A stretch of 64,000 nt of DNA from Candidatus Delongbacteria bacterium (GTDB lineage: Bacteria; CAIWAD01), in the NCBI GenBank assembly GCA_963663545.1, contig OY760505.1:3264001-3328000 (forward strand), read 5' to 3'. The notes below the pieces were generated by a model. That model had not been told where the DNA came from. It made no database searches and was given only the letters and a program-made list of their open reading frames with translations. Both the position numbers and the translations under genes were made by a program. Below are positions 58,936 through 64,000 of the stretch, one piece after another. Within the stretch, counting starts at the first letter, position 1; each line of letters opens with the position of its first letter.

Positions 58936-61404
58936 ATGACACGCAGAGTAATTCGGATTCAAGCAGGAACACTAGGCAAGGTACTCATCACGCTGGCATT
59001 GCCGTTGTTGATGGCGGTTGCGGCAGTGGCCAATGTGCTAAGGGTGCCGGAAGACTACACCGGCATCCAAGCGGCCATGAACGCCACTGCCGCAGGCGAT
59101 ACAGTTCTCGTTAACCGTGGAACGTGGACGGGGCTCCTCGAGAGCCCTGTCCATGCCCTCACTCTTGCTTCACATTTTCTGTACTCTTCTGACACGACTG
59201 ATATCCACTCCACTGTGCTGGATGGTGAGCATGCAGGTACTATCCTTCGAGTCAGCAATAGCGCCTACGTAGAGAGGCTTCGGGTCGTAGGCTTGACCTT
59301 TTCTCATGGCCAAGGTGTTTCAAATGGGAACAACCCCCAGCAGAATATTGGAGGCGCAATACATGCTCCTGACGGTGCAAGTCTGACGATCGAGAACTGT
59401 GTTTTTGATGGAAATCGAGCTGAGAGATCTGCAAGCGATTTGTTTTTTGCTTCTGAGGACGTCACTGCCACATATGGCTCTTTGACCATTCGTAATATTC
59501 GCATTCGGAATTCTAGGAATGACGCTCGCAGGGGAGCGTCAATGTTTGTGTTCATTGAACGGAAGCAGTTGTTTTTTACAGACGTTAGTATTGATGCAAG
59601 TGAGTCTACGGCGCGGTGGCCTTTTATGCTGGCCGTAATTGATCCAGACACCTTTCTTTGTACTGATATTGAAGTGTTTAATGCTGACAGTTCCAACTTG
59701 TCGTTCGAGATCGTTTCTAGTGAAAACAGAGAGGCTACTATCTCAAACATTCGTACGTACACATCCGGCCTCCGAAAAGGATGTGGCGTATCATTTTTAG
59801 CAACGTCATCGAATGAGAGTGTTGTGACACTTTCTTTGCGCAACATTGATGTTTCGGGCGTTGTGGATGCCTTGCCCGTTTATGTGTCTAACCAGGGGAG
59901 GACAGTATGTGACTATCTTCGTGTTGCCGACTGCAGACGAGCCGACCACAACCTTGTGAGAATGAACCTGATAGAAGGTGAGGGAGAGTTACGTCACTTC
60001 GTTATGGAGAATTGCGTTTGCGGCGATAGTGTCTCAATGCCAGATCACATGGTTGAATGCCGGAACATGAATCTGTACGATGTGGCATTGTCAGACAACA
60101 CGCTTGTGCTTCCTGCAAGTGACAATGTCTCTGACGACAGAGGAAACCATATCGATGGCGCATTCATATGGGTTCATAATATGGATAGTCCGGGAGTTAT
60201 TGACGGATTCACATCCGAGGGTAATCTGCTAGTTGATCTTGACGATTACAGTAACCTGCACCCCATTCGTGCCCCCCACGAAAACGACGGACGGGAGTTG
60301 TTGTTTTACTCTCCTGAGTCCATCGTTTTGAGAAATGCTGTCATCAGGAATAGTCGTCAGCCCAATCACACACCAGAGCTTTACACGCCAACTTACATGG
60401 ACGTTTCTACATCAGGGAGCTGTGTCTACTTGTACGCGCCAAGTGTCTTTGTGGATGGCTTGAAGATGGAAGATTGTGATGATGGGGGACTAATGATAGG
60501 TAGCGGTGATACGCTACTAATTCAGAACTCTGTCTTTCGGAATGTTGCCAGAACAGGCATGAAGATTGGTGGTATTGCCCTGCTGAGGAATGTGCTCTTC
60601 GATAACATTGATGCGCAAGACAATTACCTAACGGCTGGCTTTGCGGACTATACACGGCAGTCGGCCATATACTACGGGGGTGGTGACGAATGCGCACTAC
60701 ACTGCGAGAATGTGACCTTCACTAATTGTGATGATATGCGTAGGCCAATCGGACTTAACCCATACGTTGACGCAAGCTTTTCTGCAAGTAATACAGTTAT
60801 TGCAGGCAACACATATGAGATGCTGATCGAGGGGCCTGCGACTGAATCCTGGTCCCACTGCTACGTTCAGGAAGCCGTCGAGGGCGAAGGCAACCTCATC
60901 GGCAACGATCCCCTCTTCGATCCCGAGCGCGGCATTCCCTTCTTGGCCCCTAACTCCCCGTGCATTGACGCTGGCAACCCTGACGCGGCCTACAACGACA
61001 TCGAAGACCCCGAAGCTCCCGGCTTCGCCCTCTGGCCTTCCCAGGGCGGCTTGCGCAACGATATCGGCTGCACTGGCGGCCCCTTCGCCAACGACTCGAT
61101 GTTTGTCAGCGTCGCGCCCGCACGACCGATCACCCTCCCCACTTCCCCCACTCTGGGCGACGCCTATCCAAACCCCTTCAACCCAATAACCACCATTCCC
61201 TTCACCCTGTCCCAACCAGGTCACTTCACCCTGCAGGCCTACAACCTCCGCGGCCAGCTGGTTGCGACTCTCGCTGAGGGCGAGTTCCTCGCCGGCGAGC
61301 ATCGTGTCACATTTGATGGCGCAGCATTGGCCAGCGGCGTGTACCTGATTCGCCTAAGTGGAGAAGGTGTAGCGGAGACAAGGAAAGCGCTGCTTCTTAA
61401 ATGA
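58936..61404 (+). CDS. Secreted beta-helix-like protein with T9SS-like C-terminal domain
   Basis: VPEDYTGIQAAM...GDTVLV N-terminus; SPCIDAG; AYPNPFNP...ASGVYL...RKALLLK. Confidence 0.85.
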   Translation: MTRRVIRIQAGTLGKVLITLALPLLMAVAAVANVLRVPEDYTGIQAAMNATAAGDTVLVNRGTWTGLLESPVHALTLASHFLYSSDTTDIHSTVLDGEHAGTILRVSNSAYVERLRVVGLTFSHGQGVSNGNNPQQNIGGAIHAPDGASLTIENCVFDGNRAERSASDLFFASEDVTATYGSLTIRNIRIRNSRNDARRGASMFVFIERKQLFFTDVSIDASESTARWPFMLAVIDPDTFLCTDIEVFNADSSNLSFEIVSSENREATISNIRTYTSGLRKGCGVSFLATSSNESVVTLSLRNIDVSGVVDALPVYVSNQGRTVCDYLRVADCRRADHNLVRMNLIEGEGELRHFVMENCVCGDSVSMPDHMVECRNMNLYDVALSDNTLVLPASDNVSDDRGNHIDGAFIWVHNMDSPGVIDGFTSEGNLLVDLDDYSNLHPIRAPHENDGRELLFYSPESIVLRNAVIRNSRQPNHTPELYTPTYMDVSTSGSCVYLYAPSVFVDGLKMEDCDDGGLMIGSGDTLLIQNSVFRNVARTGMKIGGIALLRNVLFDNIDAQDNYLTAGFADYTRQSAIYYGGGDECALHCENVTFTNCDDMRRPIGLNPYVDASFSASNTVIAGNTYEMLIEGPATESWSHCYVQEAVEGEGNLIGNDPLFDPERGIPFLAPNSPCIDAGNPDAAYNDIEDPEAPGFALWPSQGGLRNDIGCTGGPFANDSMFVSVAPARPITLPTSPTLGDAYPNPFNPITTIPFTLSQPGHFTLQAYNLRGQLVATLAEGEFLAGEHRVTFDGAALASGVYLIRLSGEGVAETRKALLLK

Positions 61405-61423
61405 CATGACCGCGAGCAAAACC

Positions 61424-61499
61424 TGAAGGCCAAGAGGAGATTTCTCGCGAATTCGCAGTGTTGCCATTCAGCTCACACTGCGTGCGAGGAATCTCCGAA
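61424..61499. repeat. Palindromic repeat module (second copy)
   Basis: 34/35 identity of 61424-61458 to 39584-39618, with the closing stem at the same offset. Confidence 0.8.
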
Positions 61500-61812
61500 C
61501 GACTAGACGCCGGGCTATGCCGAGTGTCTAATCGGCGGTGTCAACGCCATATGCCACGACACACTTTGTTGCACCAAAGAAAAGTAGGTCCCACGTCGCG
61601 TCAGCGGCGCCTCGCTGCTTCTGCAGCTACCCACGCCGCGCGTCAGCGCCAGCTCGTCGCAGACGAAAGCCCGCCGCAGGCGACAAGCTTCAGCTTGGCG
61701 ATTTTCCGCTTTCGTGATACATTAGCACCCGCATCCGGCACGAGGCAGATCCCGCGGCGAGCGGCGAACCGTGCTGGGCGCATGACCTGTCGGGATCATC
61801 GTTTTCGCGTGG

Positions 61813-62775
61813 ATGTTCATGGCGCAGTCTTTGTCGACATCCCTTGAGTCCTGCAACTGCTGCCCGCGCGCCTGTGGCTTCAATCGGCTGGCGGGGGAGA
61901 CGGGTTTCTGCGGCGTACCCGCCGGTTTGTGGGTCGCCCACGCGGGGCTGCATTTCGGTGAGGAACCTCCGCTTTCCGGCACGCGCGGCTCGGGCACGGT
62001 CTTCTTCAGCGGCTGCAATCTGCGCTGCGTGTTCTGTCAGAATCACCAGATCAGCCAGGATTTCCGTCTGGCGGACAGCGTGTTATACTCGCCCTCCTCA
62101 CTGGCCGAGGTCTTGCTTCAGTTGCAGGCATCGGGCGCGCACAACGTCAACCTTGTCTCCCCTTCGCACATGGTCTGCGAGCTGCCGGAAGCGCTGTGGC
62201 TGGCGCGCGCGGGTGGACTAAGCGTGCCGGTGGTCTGGAACTCGGGCGGTTACGATTCGCCGGACGTGCTGGCGCTACTGGCCGGGTTGGTGGACGTCTA
62301 CCTGCCCGATTTGAAGTACATGCAGGCTGAACCCGCACTGCGCTATTCGGCCGCCAGCGATTATCCGGAGGTGGCTCGCGCCGCTCTACATGCCATGTTC
62401 GCGCAAGTGGGCTTACTGCAATTGGACGCGGACGGCATTGCCGAGCGCGGCCTGCTGGTGCGCCACCTGGTATTGCCGGGACATCTTGAGAACAGCCGCC
62501 GCTGCCTGGATTTCCTGGCGGAGCTATCGCCGGAGATCCACATCAGCTTGATGTCGCAGTATTCGCCGCAACACCTGGCTCAACAGCACCCCGCTCTCCG
62601 GCGGAGTCTGCGGGTGGCGGAGTACGAGTCCATTTGCGAGTACGCCCTCAACCTGGGGTTGAGCCATGTGTTCGTGCAGGAGTTGGCTAGTCAGCAAAGC
62701 TATCTGCCGAATTTCAAATGCGACATGCCCTTTGGACCGCCGGACCCGTTCGGCGGCAAACCCACATCAGCCTGA
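61813..62775 (+). CDS. pflX: PflX-like radical SAM protein
   Basis: CNCCPRAC; HFGEEPPLSGTRGSGTVFFSGCNLRCVFCQN; VRHLVLPG. Confidence 0.88.
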   Translation: MFMAQSLSTSLESCNCCPRACGFNRLAGETGFCGVPAGLWVAHAGLHFGEEPPLSGTRGSGTVFFSGCNLRCVFCQNHQISQDFRLADSVLYSPSSLAEVLLQLQASGAHNVNLVSPSHMVCELPEALWLARAGGLSVPVVWNSGGYDSPDVLALLAGLVDVYLPDLKYMQAEPALRYSAASDYPEVARAALHAMFAQVGLLQLDADGIAERGLLVRHLVLPGHLENSRRCLDFLAELSPEIHISLMSQYSPQHLAQQHPALRRSLRVAEYESICEYALNLGLSHVFVQELASQQSYLPNFKCDMPFGPPDPFGGKPTSA

Positions 62776-63024
62776 TTTGCCGAAGACGCACTTTCTCTCT
62801 CGCCTGACTTGTCTGGATTCCGTATTTTGACGCAGCCCTGCACGCAACCACATCGGACTGCTTCTCGCTGCATCAATAGGAGTACTCAGAAGTTCTGTCC
62901 AACCTCTTTGCCTGGATCTATCGTAAATGCTGATATTGCAATCATTTGATTGGCGATTCGTTGGACAGAACATTCAAGTACTCCTATACTAGACGGTCGT
63001 ATACCTTTACCTAAGGTGGACCCC

Positions 63025-64000
63025 ATGAGAACACGCCTCTCGCCTTTGCTGTTCGTCCTCCTGATTCTGCTGTCCGTGTCTGGAGCATTTGCGGCGCAGC
63101 CACTGCGCGTTGGCGTCTATCAGAATCCGCCCAAGGTCTTTCAGGCCGCCGATGGCCATGCCACCGGCATTTTCCCCGAACTGCTTTACGAGATCGCCCA
63201 AGAGCACGACTGGCACCTCGACTACGTCTGGGGCACCTGGCAGGAGTGCCTGGACCGCCTGGCGCAGGGCGAGATTGATCTGCTGGTGGACGTGGCCGTC
63301 TCGGAGGAGCGCAAGCAGCACTTCGCCTTTTCCAGCGAGCCCGTGCTCGTCGATTGGGGCACCGTCTTCAGTCGTCCCGATCTCAGCGTTGACTCCTTTC
63401 TGGACCTGGAAGGCCGCAGCGTGGCCGTCATGCGCGGCAGCATTCACACCGAGGGCGACCAGGGCATTAGAACTCTGCTGACCCAATTCGGCGTCACCTG
63501 CGACTTCATCGAGGTGGACGACTATCATCAAGTGCTGCTGCTGGTGGATTCTCGTCAGGCGGACGTGGGCGTGGTCAACCGTCTTTTCGCTTCGCTGCAT
63601 GCGGGTGATTTCGATGTGCGGTCCTCGCCCTTGCTGTTCAATCCGCGCATTTTTGAGTTCGCCAGCTCGCGCTCGTCGCAGATCGGCAGGAGCGCGCTAC
63701 AAGTGCTCGACGAGAGTCTGGCCCACGCCAAAGCGCAGCCCAATTCCACCTACCATAAAGTGCTCGCCTACTACTTGAGCGGTGGAACGGAGCAGGCCAT
63801 GGGCGAGGTGCCCTGGGTCTACAATCAACTCGAGCTGAGTCCCGCAGAGAGCCGCTGGATTAGCGAGCATTCGGTGATCCGCTTTGCCATCGACGAGGGC
63901 TTTGCGCCCTTTGAATACATCGATAGTGAGGGCGTCTATCGCGGCATGTCGGCGGATTTTCTGCAGATCATCAGCCGCATGACGGGCCTGCAGTTCGAGC
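63025..64000 (+). CDS. Tandem family-3 solute-binding-domain protein, probably a sensor (runs off window; absent from the ORF track)
   Basis: MRTRLSPLLFVLL...LRVGVYQNPPKVF...TWQECLDRLAQGEIDLL; second domain begins IRFAIDEGFAPFEY. Confidence 0.8.
   Translation, partial: MRTRLSPLLFVLLILLSVSGAFAAQPLRVGVYQNPPKVFQAADGHATGIFPELLYEIAQEHDWHLDYVWGTWQECLDRLAQGEIDLLVDVAVSEERKQHFAFSSEPVLVDWGTVFSRPDLSVDSFLDLEGRSVAVMRGSIHTEGDQGIRTLLTQFGVTCDFIEVDDYHQVLLLVDSRQADVGVVNRLFASLHAGDFDVRSSPLLFNPRIFEFASSRSSQIGRSALQVLDESLAHAKAQPNSTYHKVLAYYLSGGTEQAMGEVPWVYNQLELSPAESRWISEHSVIRFAIDEGFAPFEYIDSEGVYRGMSADFLQIISRMTGLQFE

Overview
GC-rich bacterial chromosome segment. Several secreted proteins end in a PNPFNP (T9SS/FlgD-like) C-terminal domain, which suggests an FCB-group anaerobe (inference only). 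Core content: a ROK-regulated beta-glucan (GH16) uptake operon, PAS/PocR sensor kinases, a partner-switching plus chemosensory operon (cheA-cheW-mcp-cheB-cheR), and a rex-hydCBA-ferredoxin-hydS-phosphatase [FeFe]-hydrogenase operon. Accessory content: an intact IS1595 inserted in a RelE-like toxin gene, a Mrr-like nuclease, a MazEF-like pair, and a disabled integron (truncated intI, attI, two cassettes). Best candidate for a new system: a ~530-bp internally deleted IS110/IS1111-family element sitting in the first attC. It keeps both ends and the whole structured non-coding region where a bridge/seekRNA is expected, and a homologous end sits at the same position of the second attC. Also notable: a modular palindromic repeat family that truncates intI and brackets a secreted protein with an AT-rich, apparently swapped core. 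All product calls come from motif recognition; no database search was run.
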